Shown piece by piece: positions 1 to 9,943 of a DNA stretch of 64,000 bases. The stretch lies in NCBI GenBank assembly GCA_963666835.2, contig CAXXGO010000006.1, positions 352,001 through 416,000 on the forward strand, written 5' to 3'. Each line of letters opens with the position of its first letter. Position 1 is the first letter of the stretch. Below the pieces are notes generated by a model that saw only the letters and a list, made by a program, of their open reading frames with translations, was not told the DNA's origin and made no database searches. Origin of the DNA: Phycisphaerae bacterium (GTDB taxonomy: Bacteria > Planctomycetota > Phycisphaerae > UBA1845). The translations under genes were made by a program, and so were the position numbers.

Positions 1-342
1 TGGCAGGTCTCGTTCCTCGACCGTGCCCTACAGGGGGTGCCAACCGGGTGTCCTGGGTCAACTTGTTGACCCGTGGAGCTTGGCGAGCCGCAGGCATCAC
101 GGGCACGCCGGAACGGTCCATGACCCTAACGCGAGATCGAGTGACGACCGGTACTTCGCTGCGCAAATCGGCGACGCTTGCCCATGCCACCCAGGACGGC
201 AGGTCTCGTACCTCGACCGTGCCCTACGAGGTCCTCGCGCGACGCGCGCTATTGCGGCAGGTCTCGTGCCTCGACCTGCCCTACGAGGTCCTCGCGCGAC
301 GCGCGCTATCGTGGCAGGTCTCGTGCCTCGACCGTGCCCTAC
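1..342 (-). repeat. GTAG-type REP palindrome cluster (4 copies) with an intervening ~165-bp segment
   Basis: Unit reads GTAG-GGCA(C)GGTC-GAGGNACGA-GACC-TGCC on the minus strand, at about 1-31, 198-227, 256-284 and 313-342. Bases 1-285 recur almost identically at 2535-2820. Confidence 0.85.
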
Positions 343-1772
343 GAATTCCTACGGGTCGAGAAAGCCAGTTTGCTCAAGGTCATTAGCAGCAGCGCCAGCA
401 CGACCAAGCCCCAGGTTGAGACGGTGGGGATGTACTGGGTGCAGTCCGGAATTCCGTTGTTGTCGTGGTCGTAGCGGTCGTCCAGGCCTTCGCATTGGTC
501 GATGCAGTCCGGTACGGTGTCCTGGTCGGCGTCGAGGAAGTCGCTTACTCCGCAGCCGCAGATTCCCGGTTCGATCTTGTCCGGGTCGTTCTTGCAGGCG
601 TCGAGGCAGTCCAGGGTCCCGTCGTTGTCTGAATCGATGTCCGGGCTGCCGCATCCACATACGCCGGGATCGGTCTTGCCGACGTTGTTCGGGCAGGCGT
701 CTCCGCAGTTGCCGTCCACGCCGTCGCCGTCGGCATCGCCTTCACAACTGGTCAGCTCGCCTTGCGGGGTGCCGCCGGCAGTTGTGCAGTCTTCGGCCGT
801 GAGGTTTGTGCACGTGCCGTCCGCCTGGCAGCAGGCCTCCACGGCGCCGTAGACGTATTGGACCACATTGACCGCGGCGCCGTCGTCGAAGGTGAACGTG
901 GTGGTCTCGCCCGTCGTCAGGGTACGGTCCAGGACGACCTGCACGGTATCGACGTCGTATTCCTCAAGGCGTAGTACCTGGGTGACCACGGGCACGGGCC
1001 CGCCGGTGACCTCTACGGTGATCTCATTAGTGTACACGTTGTTGGCCGAGTCGAAGGTCACGCTGAAGCGATCGAGACCAGGATAGGAAGCGGTGCCAAT
1101 CTCGCCGGCGGGCGGATCGGTCGCGATGATCTGCTCGCCGTGCGAGACGGTCCCGTACCGCAACGCGTCCCACTCGTGGGTCTTGTTGGTGGTCCAATCC
1201 CCGCAGGAATTCCGCCCCGAGAGCTGCACGTATGCCACGGTCTCTTCACATTCTATGGCGCGTTCGACAAACACGATACCGTCGACCGAATACCGATAGT
1301 TGAAACCGTCAAGACTCTCGAACCGGTAGGTGTGGAATTCGTCGATATCGAGTCCCGTAATCCAGCCGGCACCGGACGGCGAGAACGCCGAGTCACCGTA
1401 GATGTTGATGTAATCAGGGCTCTTGCGGAAAACGACGTCGAGGGAGGCGTCGCACGAATTCCAGATTGGTCCGACCGCCGAATTGGAGCGGAGGCGCCAT
1501 TCGACCCAGAGGCTTGGCGGCTGCTCCTCGCCCATTCTGGTAATATCACGGTGGTAATGGGCCAACCCGCAACAGCCGGACCAATGCAGGATGAAATGGC
1601 CGTCTTCCACTCTCTCGCTGCAAGGATCTTCGCATTCGGAACCGAGCAGCCAGCCTTCCGAAGGGTCGTAGGGCACGACGTCCCCCTCGTAACGATACAA
1701 GACTTCGTCGGCAGGGACAGACACGGACGGAAACGCAACAAGAATAACCAACAACGACCAACGCCAAGGCAT
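339..1772 (-). CDS. Secreted surface protein with thrombospondin type-3-like Ca-binding repeats and an IPTL-CTERM sorting signal
   Basis: 477 aa. N-terminal signal peptide (MPWRWSLLVILVAFPSVS), DxDxDG..DxCP repeats, C-terminal IPTVSTWGLVVLALLL followed by a basic tail. GGAGG RBS upstream. Confidence 0.8.
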   Translation of the reverse strand: MPWRWSLLVILVAFPSVSVPADEVLYRYEGDVVPYDPSEGWLLGSECEDPCSERVEDGHFILHWSGCCGLAHYHRDITRMGEEQPPSLWVEWRLRSNSAVGPIWNSCDASLDVVFRKSPDYINIYGDSAFSPSGAGWITGLDIDEFHTYRFESLDGFNYRYSVDGIVFVERAIECEETVAYVQLSGRNSCGDWTTNKTHEWDALRYGTVSHGEQIIATDPPAGEIGTASYPGLDRFSVTFDSANNVYTNEITVEVTGGPVPVVTQVLRLEEYDVDTVQVVLDRTLTTGETTTFTFDDGAAVNVVQYVYGAVEACCQADGTCTNLTAEDCTTAGGTPQGELTSCEGDADGDGVDGNCGDACPNNVGKTDPGVCGCGSPDIDSDNDGTLDCLDACKNDPDKIEPGICGCGVSDFLDADQDTVPDCIDQCEGLDDRYDHDNNGIPDCTQYIPTVSTWGLVVLALLLMTLSKLAFSTRRNS

Positions 1773-2037
1773 GACCTACCTCCCTCCATAGAAGACCGCC
1801 CACCACGGTATCCGATTGCGACCCCCGCGTCAAGATAAACTGACAATTTGGTAGTGGGCAGATTGTTGCTCGGTCGGTACCGCGACCGCGAAGAACTGGC
1901 CACGGTGCGCGCCCAGGTCGCCGGCCTATCGGTACCGCGACTGGTGAGAGAGCGGGCACGATGCGTGGCCAGGTCGCTACGTATCGCTCATGGGCGGGTC
2001 GCTCACGCTCGCCGTCTGATAGGGCGGCGCAGGCGCG

Positions 2038-2185
2038 TGTAGGGCATGGTCGAGGTACGAGACCTGCCGCGGTCCTCGCGCGACGCGCGGCATTGCGGCA
2101 GGTCTCGTTCCTCGACCGCGCCCCACGAGGTCCTCGCGCGACGCGCGGCATTGCGGCAGGTCTCGTGCCTCGGCCCTGTCGCAAG
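2038..2185. repeat. GTAG REP copies, including an inverted pair
   Basis: gtagggcatggtcgaggtacgagacctgcc at 2038 on the plus strand, then reverse-orientation copies at ~2096 and ~2155. Confidence 0.75.
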
Positions 2186-2187
2186 CC

Positions 2188-2460
2188 AAGCCCCTTGGGG
2201 CGACAGGTCCTGTAGCCCCAAGGCGTAAGCCTGGGGAAACTATGCGGCTACTTAGCGCCAAGCCCCCTTGGGGGCGGCACAAGACATCGAGGTTTGGATC
2301 GGACGCCGGTGATTCAACATCATAAGGGGAATACGTTGGCGCCGGCCGGGACCTCTTCGAATGCCGAAGTGCCGCCCCGGGGCGGGGCTGGGGTTGACGT
2401 ACGACGCGATCCCGCGGCTGACGCCACGGGCTGGGCAGAGCTGTCGCCCTGACGGGCTGG
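2188..2460. repeat. ~270-bp long imperfect inverted-repeat element (REPIN/MITE-like), copy 1
   Basis: Left arm agccccttggggcgacag...ggcgtaagcc...gggcggcac mirrors right arm gtgccgccc...ggctgacgcc...ctgtcgccctgacgggct. Second copy at 2890-3280. Confidence 0.7.
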
Positions 2461-2534
2461 TTCCGCGAGGCACACAAGTGGCGCATGTTCGAGGAACGAG
2501 ACTTGCCGTGGTCTTCGCGCGATGTGCACCATCG

Positions 2535-2820
2535 TGGCAGGTCTCGTGCCTCGATCGTGCCCTACAGGGGGTGACAACCGGGTGTCCTGGGTCAACTTGT
2601 TGACCCGTGGAGCTTGGCGAGCCGCAGGCATCACGGGCACGCCGGAACGGTCCATGACCCTAACGCGAGATCGAGTGACGACCGGTACTTCGCTGCGCAA
2701 ATCGGCGACGCTTGCCCATGCCACCCAGGACGGCAGGTCTCGTGCCTCGACCGTGCCCTACGAGGTCCTCGCGCGACGCACGCCATTGCGGCAGGTCTCG
2801 TGCCTCGACCGTGCCCTACG
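2535..2820 (-). repeat. Direct repeat of bases 1-285 (REP-bounded segment)
   Basis: Near-identical by eye to 1-285, including the palindrome gggtcaacttgttgaccc. Confidence 0.9.
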
Positions 2821-2889
2821 CGGGATGACAACCATGTGGCAACGCCGGTTCTGCACTGCTCAAGAGCAGTGGCACACCGGCCGGGGTGA

Positions 2890-3280
2890 AGCCCCTTGGG
2901 GCGACAGGTCCTTTTAGCCCCACGGCGTAAGCCTGGGGAGACTGTGCGGCTGCTTCACACCAAGCCCCTACTATCTTGACAATTGTCCAGCCACCGTTCG
3001 ATCCACCACATGCTGTGGTTGGACAATTGTCGAGATAGCCGATCTTGACCATTGTTCACCGGCACGGTGCGACAATTGTCAAGATCTTGCGGGCGGCAGA
3101 AGGCGTCGGGGTTTCGATCGGATGCCGGTGATTCAACATCATAAGGGGAATACGTTGGCGCTGGCCGGGACCTCTTCGATTATTGAAGTGCCGCCCCTGG
3201 CGGGGCTTGGGTTGACTTGCGACTCGATCCCGCGGCTGACGCCGCGGGCTGGGCAGAGCTGCCGCCCTGACGGGCTGATC
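2890..3280. repeat. Long inverted-repeat element copy 2, interrupted by a ~120-bp double hairpin
   Basis: Matches 2188-2460 except for an insertion at ~2969-3090 built from four ATCTTGACAATTGT-like motifs arranged as two inverted pairs. Confidence 0.7.
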
Positions 3281-3336
3281 TTGCGAGACACGCAGGTGTC
3301 ACACATTCGTGCGACTCGGTCGATTGCGGCTTCGAT

Positions 3337-3714
3337 GGCAGGTCTCGTACCTCGACCGTGCCCTACGAGGTCCTCGCGCGACGCGCGCTATTGCGGCAGG
3401 TCTCGTTCCTCGACCGTGCCCTACGAGGTCCTCGCGCGACGTGCGCCATCGTGGCAGGTCTCGTTCCTCGACCGTGCCCTACGTGGTCCTCGCGCGACGC
3501 TCGCCTTTGTGGCAGGTCTCGTGCCTCGACCATGCCCTACGAGGTCCTCGCGCGACGTGCGCCATCGTGGCAGGTCTCGTTCCTCGACCGTGCCCTACGA
3601 GGTCCTCGCGCGACGCGCGGCATTGCGGCAGGTCTCGTACCTCGACCGTGCCCTACGAGGTCCTCGCGCGACGTGCGGCATTGCGGCAGGTCTCGTGCCT
3701 CGACCGTGCCCTAC
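3337..3714 (-). repeat. Tandem array of 7 GTAG REP units, 58-bp period
   Basis: ggcaggtctcgtNcctcgaccRtgccctac starts at 3337, 3395, 3453, 3511, 3569, 3627 and 3685, with near-identical linkers gaggtcctcgcgcgacg. Confidence 0.9.
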
Positions 3715-3754
3715 CGGAGATGACACCTCGGCGGCACCTTTGTAGGGTGCTCAG

Positions 3755-4942
3755 TCAGGTCTTCAGGAAGTACTCCATCAACTCGTGTCCGGGATCGATG
3801 TACAGATCGCTTTGGGTGGCGTGCTTCTCGCAGAAGGTCTTGTTGAGCACGCTGTGGATGGCGTGACCCGCCATGCAGAACGGCGGTGGGGTGGCCGTGT
3901 GTACCTTGCTCGCCACCGGAGTGGGATGGTCCGGGGAGATCAGAATCCGCCACTTGTCGAAGGTGCGGAGCTTCTCCAGAACAGGACCGACCACGTGGCA
4001 GTCGATCTGCTCGATAGCTTCGATCTTCTCATCGGCGTTCCCTCGGTGTCCGGCTTCATCGGGTGCTTCTACATGGACGACCACCAGATCGTAGTCGTCA
4101 AGAGCTTCCACTGCAGCCTTACCCTTGGCGGCATAATCGGTGTCGAGATAGCCGGTGGCGCCGGGTACATCCAGCACGGCCATATCCGCGGTCCGCGCGA
4201 TTCCGCGGATCAGGTCGACGGCAGCGATCAACACTCCGGACACTCCGAAGCGCCCGGCGAACGCCTGCAACTCGGCCGGCGGGCCTTGCCCCCAGAGCCA
4301 GATGTCCGTCGCGGCGTTCTCGCCCAAGTCGCGCCGAACGGCGTTCACCTCGTGATCCGCAAGCAGAGTGTGTGCCCGATCCATGACACCCTTGACCCAG
4401 TCCGCGCCCGGCCCGCTCGGGAGATGATCCGCCACGGGCTGGTCGGGGAAGTCGTGCGGGGGTACGCACGTGGGATTCACGTTGTCGATGTCGGAGGCGA
4501 TCATCAGGTTGCGATAGGAGATACCGGTGTGGAACCGGCAGCCCGCCGAGACCACGCTCTCGTTAAGGTCGGCGATCAACCGCGCGGCTTCTTTGTCCGA
4601 GATGTGCCCGGCCGTGAAGTCTTCCATCTTGCCATCGACGATCGTCACGAGGTTGCATCGAAAGATAAGCTGCCCGGGGCGGGTCGGAATCCCCCGAGCC
4701 GCCGCCTCCAAGGGGGCTCGCCCCTTGTAGAACTTCGCCGGGTCATAGCCGATCAACGACAGGGTGGCCACGTCACTGGCAGGCAGGTAGCCGGGCGGCA
4801 CGGTGACCACGCGCCCCTGGCGGCCGTTGATCGACACCCAGTCCATGTTCGGCTTCTTGGCTATCTCGAACGGGGTCCGGCCGTCGAGCCTCTCGATCGG
4901 CTCGTCGGCGGCACCGTCCGGCAGAATTATCGCGTACTTCAT
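3755..4942 (-). CDS. apgM: Cofactor-independent phosphoglycerate mutase, ApgM type
   Basis: MKYAIILPDGAADEP, PASDVA, GRAPLEAAA, HVEAPDEAGH and PDHPTP metal-binding motifs. Start placed at ATG 4942. Confidence 0.9.
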   Translation of the reverse strand: MKYAIILPDGAADEPIERLDGRTPFEIAKKPNMDWVSINGRQGRVVTVPPGYLPASDVATLSLIGYDPAKFYKGRAPLEAAARGIPTRPGQLIFRCNLVTIVDGKMEDFTAGHISDKEAARLIADLNESVVSAGCRFHTGISYRNLMIASDIDNVNPTCVPPHDFPDQPVADHLPSGPGADWVKGVMDRAHTLLADHEVNAVRRDLGENAATDIWLWGQGPPAELQAFAGRFGVSGVLIAAVDLIRGIARTADMAVLDVPGATGYLDTDYAAKGKAAVEALDDYDLVVVHVEAPDEAGHRGNADEKIEAIEQIDCHVVGPVLEKLRTFDKWRILISPDHPTPVASKVHTATPPPFCMAGHAIHSVLNKTFCEKHATQSDLYIDPGHELMEYFLKT

Positions 4943-5109
4943 CGCAGTCCTTCCCAAAGCTGAGTTTCTTTTCGAGACCCCATTCTCAGCGATATCACGC
5001 CCTCTGGCGATAGCGCCAAGACCGCCTCCTGAGCCGTTTTTGGGGTCCTTACGAGAGGATCGCACCGCGTGATTCTAGTGGGAACATCCCCACCCCGCCA
5101 ACCGGGTGG

Positions 5110-5330
5110 ATGGGATCCAGAGTTTCAGCAGAGCCCCGCATCGGCGGACACCGCCCCCGCATCCGCTGACGCATTCGGAGAGAATCCGGACAGCCGAAAC
5201 AAACTCGCGGTTCAGCGGCGCCGTCTCTTTCACCCTCAGGGTGATTGGGATTGTCGGGACCCCGCCCGGGGGCGGCGGCCGCTACGCGGACTTGCCCCCG
5301 GCTATTGTCTTTCAGGCTTTCAGCCTGAAG
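5110..5330. repeat. GC-rich palindromic intergenic element resembling REP-type flanks
   Basis: Short hairpins caccctcagggtg, cccgggggcggc..gcccccgg and ttcaggctttcagcctgaa. Single copy in this window. Confidence 0.35.
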
Positions 5331-5355
5331 AAGGAGCCGGTAAGCGACGGCGCGC

Positions 5356-6351
5356 TCAGGCGGGCGGGTCCGGCTCGAAGCCACGGGCCATGTGGTACAT
5401 CGCCCTATCGAAGAAAGCGGCGATCCGCCGGTTCAGCTCGAGCACGCGGTATACTTCAATGGGCCTTTCCCAAAACCCGCGTTTGCGGCTGAAGGCCCAG
5501 AGATGCTTGCGCAGCAACGTCAAAGAGCTGAACACTTCGTGAACGGCCATGCCTTGGGTTTGGCGCTCGCGGCCGAGATTCCGGTAGAAGACGCGCACCT
5601 CTTCGTCGGCCTCGTGCCCTTTGAACCACCTGCCGAACTGCGCGACCGCGGCATCCCCGCGATCGAAGAGCTCGGAGGGATCGACCCTTCGGTATGACTT
5701 CGTCGTGGCATTCGACCGCACATCCGCGACCCACAATCTTGTTATCTCGTTGGAATGCTCTTCCACCAGCGCTACCAGCGCGTCCGAGAGCATCTCCTTC
5801 CCTTCGTCGGCCTGAAGGTGCTCGAAGGAGTCCTGGATAGCCCACTCCTCTTCGTGGATCTTGGCACACGCCGCCAGCGCCTTCTCGTTGGAGGAAAACG
5901 CCAGCGGCGGAACACGATCCAGCGGGAAATACGCCACGTCCTCCGCATCGTCGCCGGCTTGCTCCACGCCGCCGACCTTCGCCACCTCGAAAGTCACGAT
6001 TAGCAGATCGCCATAGAAAGCACTGAAATGAGAAGTGACATCCAACAACCGCAACACCTGTCCGTCGATTCCGGCTTCTTCTTTAAGCTCCCGACAGGCC
6101 GCGTCCGCGATCGTCTCCCCCATCTCGGCGAATCCGATCGGCAGACACCACATCCCCTTCTGCGGCTCACGCCTTCGTTTGACCAACAGGACTTCGCGCT
6201 TGCGGCTCAGCACCACCGCGGCCGCCACCGGAAGGGGGTTCCGGTAGAACACCGTCTCGCACTCCGAGCAGACCTCACGCTGGCGATCCTCCACGGTGCG
6301 TGTCGCTATCTTGGCACCACATTGGGAACAATACTTCGCTTTCAACGCCAT
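5356..6351 (-). CDS. Zn-ribbon NUDIX hydrolase with a C-terminal RsbRD_N/globin-like helical domain
   Basis: YCSQCG..CSEC zinc ribbon, Nudix box GFAEMGETIADAACRELKEEAGI, and C-terminal EITRLWV...LGRERQTQG...FFDRAMYH region. Confidence 0.85.
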   Translation of the reverse strand: MALKAKYCSQCGAKIATRTVEDRQREVCSECETVFYRNPLPVAAAVVLSRKREVLLVKRRREPQKGMWCLPIGFAEMGETIADAACRELKEEAGIDGQVLRLLDVTSHFSAFYGDLLIVTFEVAKVGGVEQAGDDAEDVAYFPLDRVPPLAFSSNEKALAACAKIHEEEWAIQDSFEHLQADEGKEMLSDALVALVEEHSNEITRLWVADVRSNATTKSYRRVDPSELFDRGDAAVAQFGRWFKGHEADEEVRVFYRNLGRERQTQGMAVHEVFSSLTLLRKHLWAFSRKRGFWERPIEVYRVLELNRRIAAFFDRAMYHMARGFEPDPPA

Positions 6352-7145
6352 AGCGGGCTCCGGCACCAGAAGATCGCATCGTTTTTCTCTTCGACGATCT
6401 CACCATTCCGCGCCAGCAACTGGCGAGCATGCCGTTCAATGTACTCCGGAAGCGCATCACCCGGGCCCATCCCCGGTACCAGCAGCGGCAGTTTGAATCG
6501 CAAGTAGGTCAGCATGTCCTCCTCGTCATCCGGACCAAACCGAAGGCTGTTTCGATAGTCAATCCGCCGGATCTGCCCGAAATGCGGGCGGAGCACTTCA
6601 GCCCCATTCTCCGCTGAGAACGCGGCCGACAGCATACGCAACTCCGGCCCCGCCTCGGTCAAACCCGTGGAACGCAACAGCCCGCCGACGCAATCCTCGC
6701 TGTGGGTAATCGCCAGGAACAGACCGTTCGGCGAAAGGACCCTTGGAATCTCCGCAAGAACCTCAATGAAAAAGTAGAGTGAGTAACTGCACACTACCAG
6801 ATCGAGCGAATGATCCGACCACGGCAGACGGTCCGCCACCCGCAGACAAACAAACGACGCCCTCCGGCCGGCCGCAGACGCCGTCTCGAGGTATGCCGAT
6901 TCGTTCTCCAGCCAAGCGTCCACGCCGACAATGGCAGCCCCGGGTGCGACCCGCGCGGCAAGCCTCTCGGCCATAAACCCGAAACCGCAACCGAGATCCA
7001 GCACCGACTCTGCAAACGTCAGATCAACATCGCCCAAAGCCGCGTCACGAACATCCACCGGGTTCGTCGACCGCCGACGGAGAACCGCCGACACGGCCGC
7101 GTGGCTCGCGGGGCACTGATACGGCCATAGAGGTGGTTCGGCCAT
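6342..7145 (-). CDS. Class I SAM-dependent methyltransferase
   Basis: Motif I VLDLGCGFG, then LPW..SLDLVVCSYSLYF and RVLSPNG. Confidence 0.9.
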   Translation of the reverse strand: MAEPPLWPYQCPASHAAVSAVLRRRSTNPVDVRDAALGDVDLTFAESVLDLGCGFGFMAERLAARVAPGAAIVGVDAWLENESAYLETASAAGRRASFVCLRVADRLPWSDHSLDLVVCSYSLYFFIEVLAEIPRVLSPNGLFLAITHSEDCVGGLLRSTGLTEAGPELRMLSAAFSAENGAEVLRPHFGQIRRIDYRNSLRFGPDDEEDMLTYLRFKLPLLVPGMGPGDALPEYIERHARQLLARNGEIVEEKNDAIFWCRSPLWR

Positions 7146-7191
7146 AGCGACTGCATTATCGGATGTTAGGCAAAGTTATCAAACGCCCCAC

Positions 7192-8793
7192 TCATTCGTC
7201 GAGCAAATCAGCCGAGTCCGAGGTCTTCCGCGACGCCCGCAGGGCGATCCCAAGCTCCTCAATCCGCAACAGGCGGGCGGCCGCCACATAAGCCGCAACC
7301 CCCGCTGCCACGACCACAACCAACGTCACCCAACGATCGGCGCGGCCCGCGAGCAGGAAGACCACCCCCGTCAGGACCGCGGCCATAAACGCGGTTGCCA
7401 ACATCGATCCACCAGCCCCGGTTGCCACGTTACGCCAACTGATCTGGGGGACGGCGCCTCTGAGCTTTGCAGACAGCCAGACGACCTGGATCACCGCACA
7501 AGTCGCCGTGGCCAAGGCAAGCCCGCGCTCCTCCAAATGGAAGACCAGAGCGAAATTCATCGCCAGGTTCACCGCCACCATGCTGACGGCCACCCGCGCC
7601 GGAACTACGCTGTTCTTCATGGCGTAGAAGGCCCGGACCACTATGTGCTGCGCGAAATAAGCCGGGAGGCCGAGACTGTAGAAGATAAGCGTGCCGGCCA
7701 CCCGCTCCGTGCCGGACGCGTCAAACCGGCCATGCTGGAATATCACGGCGACCAGCGGCTGGGCAACGAAGATCAACCCGACCGCCGCGGGCAAGGCCAT
7801 GAACAGCGCCAGCCGGAGCCCCTGCTCCGTGGTTCGGGCGAGCCCGGCAGTATCTCCCTCGGCGGCCTTCCGGGACAACAGCGGAAAGACCGCGGTAGCC
7901 AGAGAGATTCCCAACACCCCAAGCGGAAGCTGGTAGAGATGTTGCGCATAACCCAACACGGCCGGGCCGACCCGCTCGCCTTCCTCAGCCACAAACAGAT
8001 AGGCGATGAGGTGGTCAGCCAGGCTGTTCACCTGAACGGCCGACAGCCCCAGCATCATCGGGCCCATCATCACGAAGACCTTGCGGATTCGCGGATCGCG
8101 CCACGCCCCGCTGAAGATGGGGAAGAACGACACTTTCCACAGAGCGATCCCCGTGACGGCCAACTGGGCGACTCCACCGAGAAGCACGCTGCCGCACGCA
8201 ACGTACACCAGCTTCATACCCTGCAGGCCGGCGACAAGTGCCCCACCAACGACTCCGCCGATGATGGTCAGGTTGAGGAGGATCGGCGCGGCCGCCGGGG
8301 CCGCGAAATGGTGTCGGACATTCAAGATGCCGCTGACCACGGCCACCGTGCAGATCAGGGCCATGTACGGCAGCATTATTGCAGTCAGCTCCCATACCGG
8401 ATCGTCCCACAGGGCTCTGCCGGCCAGCACCACCGCCTCCGCGGCGATTACTATCAGAATCAGCCCCACGACCAACATGGTGAGCACGGCGCCGACGAAC
8501 CTCCGGGACGACTCTTCGCCTTCTGATTGGATGCTGTCGGTAAGCGTGGGAATAAGGGCGGCCGACATTGCTCCTTCCCCAAACAGCCGTCGGGTCAGGT
8601 TCGGGACCATAAAGGCGATCCGGAAGGCGGAGAGCAACTCGGACGTACCGAAGAAGTGGCTGTAGCAGAATTCCCGCACCAGCCCAAGCACGCGCGAACC
8701 CATGGTCAATGCGGCGATCAACCGAACGTGGGCGAACAATCGCGAAGGAGCGGGCATCGCTCGCACGATAAGTCCCGCCATCGCCCCTAGCAA
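7192..8793 (-). CDS. murJ: Lipid II flippase MurJ (MviN)
   Basis: SRVLGLVRE, AFMVPNLTRRLFGEGAMSAALIP and YAQHLYQLPLG motifs, many TM helices. Start uncertain by a few codons. Confidence 0.95.
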   Translation of the reverse strand: MLGAMAGLIVRAMPAPSRLFAHVRLIAALTMGSRVLGLVREFCYSHFFGTSELLSAFRIAFMVPNLTRRLFGEGAMSAALIPTLTDSIQSEGEESSRRFVGAVLTMLVVGLILIVIAAEAVVLAGRALWDDPVWELTAIMLPYMALICTVAVVSGILNVRHHFAAPAAAPILLNLTIIGGVVGGALVAGLQGMKLVYVACGSVLLGGVAQLAVTGIALWKVSFFPIFSGAWRDPRIRKVFVMMGPMMLGLSAVQVNSLADHLIAYLFVAEEGERVGPAVLGYAQHLYQLPLGVLGISLATAVFPLLSRKAAEGDTAGLARTTEQGLRLALFMALPAAVGLIFVAQPLVAVIFQHGRFDASGTERVAGTLIFYSLGLPAYFAQHIVVRAFYAMKNSVVPARVAVSMVAVNLAMNFALVFHLEERGLALATATCAVIQVVWLSAKLRGAVPQISWRNVATGAGGSMLATAFMAAVLTGVVFLLAGRADRWVTLVVVVAAGVAAYVAAARLLRIEELGIALRASRKTSDSADLLDE

Positions 8794-9055
8794 GCAGACC
8801 GTGCCCAGTGATACCGCTGCCGCCGGGGATAAGCTCGGGCGCTACGTTGCCTCCAGGCTTGCACTTCGCTTGGATGGATGCTTCGGACCAGGCATCGGAG
8901 TGCGAATGTGCCTCTCGGCGTATCCGAAGCTGGGCCGACAACTCGCCGGGCACCGGGTTGAATCTTCAGAGTGACGATTATCCGGCCGAACGCCCGATAT
9001 TCGCATCGATCACCGGCCGGAATGTTCCCGCGAAAATCTCTGTGCGCAGAGCCGC

Positions 9056-9085
9056 TTGACGTGGGCCAGACGTTACGATATGAAT
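9056..9085 (+). promoter_or_regulatory. Possible sigma70 promoter for tRNA-Asp
   Basis: TTGACG-N17-TATGAA(T) about 90 bp upstream of the tRNA. Confidence 0.4.
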
Positions 9086-9174
9086 CCCCGTAGCTTGTGG
9101 GTGACGCCGCTTCGGCTACCGTCTCCGCGGTGGAGATTGCAGTCTCCGGGTGGTGTGCCGACAGCTTACAACAA

Positions 9175-9248
<74 letters not shown>

Positions 9249-9399
9249 TTATAACCCCTTGAAAACAAACAGTTTACCAATATTGTCGGGGCAGCCGGAG
9301 CGATCGCGTTCTCTTCGCGCCCAGTTCGAAGCCCATCTCCCTACGGTGCAGTCGTTCCATGGGAAGACAACGGAGGGCATGGCTGACGAACGGAACGAG

Positions 9400-9524
9400 C
9401 GCATCGGGTCAACGGCTCGCTTGCCGTCGAAGTTCGCCGGGTCAGCCTTCGAGTAGCCGGCAATGTTGAGCAGGTGATGCTCGATCGCGTCTTCGAAGGC
9501 AATCTCGCGATGGTCAACTGCCAT
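9400..9524 (-). pseudogene. hsdR: 5' fragment of type I restriction enzyme R subunit
   Basis: RBS plus MAVDHREIAFEDAIEHHLLNIAGYSKADPANFDGKRAVDP resembles HsdR N-termini; similarity stops after ~40 aa. Confidence 0.6.
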
Positions 9525-9783
9525 TGCTATCGTCCCCTCCCTCTTGGCCGCTGTCATACCCAGCCACAACCTGTCGCAACTGGGTCACGCACGGTCGAAC
9601 GGCCTCTTCGAGCTTGACCATGGTCTGGATCATCCGATCCTGGATCGTCGGCCATTGTTCAGAATCGTCGCGGTAACCTCCCCGAAAGTCTTTCGCAATG
9701 TACGACTTCTTCAGTTTCTCACAACGGTGCCATTCCAACGGCTCGCCGAAGGAGCGTTTTACCGCGTCCCTTCGTTCTTCCAA
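9514..9783 (-). pseudogene. C-terminal fragment of a DUF4268-like protein
   Basis: SFGEPLEWHR...GGYRDDSEQWPTIQDRMIQTMVKLEEAVRP matches the C-terminal pattern of DUF4268 as I recall it. No convincing start. Confidence 0.55.
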
Positions 9784-9943
9784 CCAAGTGAACCTTCACG
9801 TGGCATGAATCGCCGGCCGGGGTTGCCTGAAATCGCCGGTTCTTTCGGCAAATCGCAGTTCTTCACGGCCGATTGGCGGGTGTCGGTGAACCTCACGTTC
9901 GGTGAGGTCCGGCCGCCGGGCGTTTAACGGCACAGACCTCCAC

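Noticed and set aside
3337..3714. CRISPR array
   Set aside because: The intervening sequences are near-identical rather than unique spacers, the units carry a GTAG REP tag, and no cas genes are present.
23..3866. ORFs with repeated AGLVPRPC / QVSxLDR peptides
   Set aside because: Translations of the REP arrays, not credible proteins.
5080..5340. Riboswitch upstream of apgM
   Set aside because: Structured, but I could not match any riboswitch consensus; it looks like REP-type palindromes. An Rfam scan would settle it.
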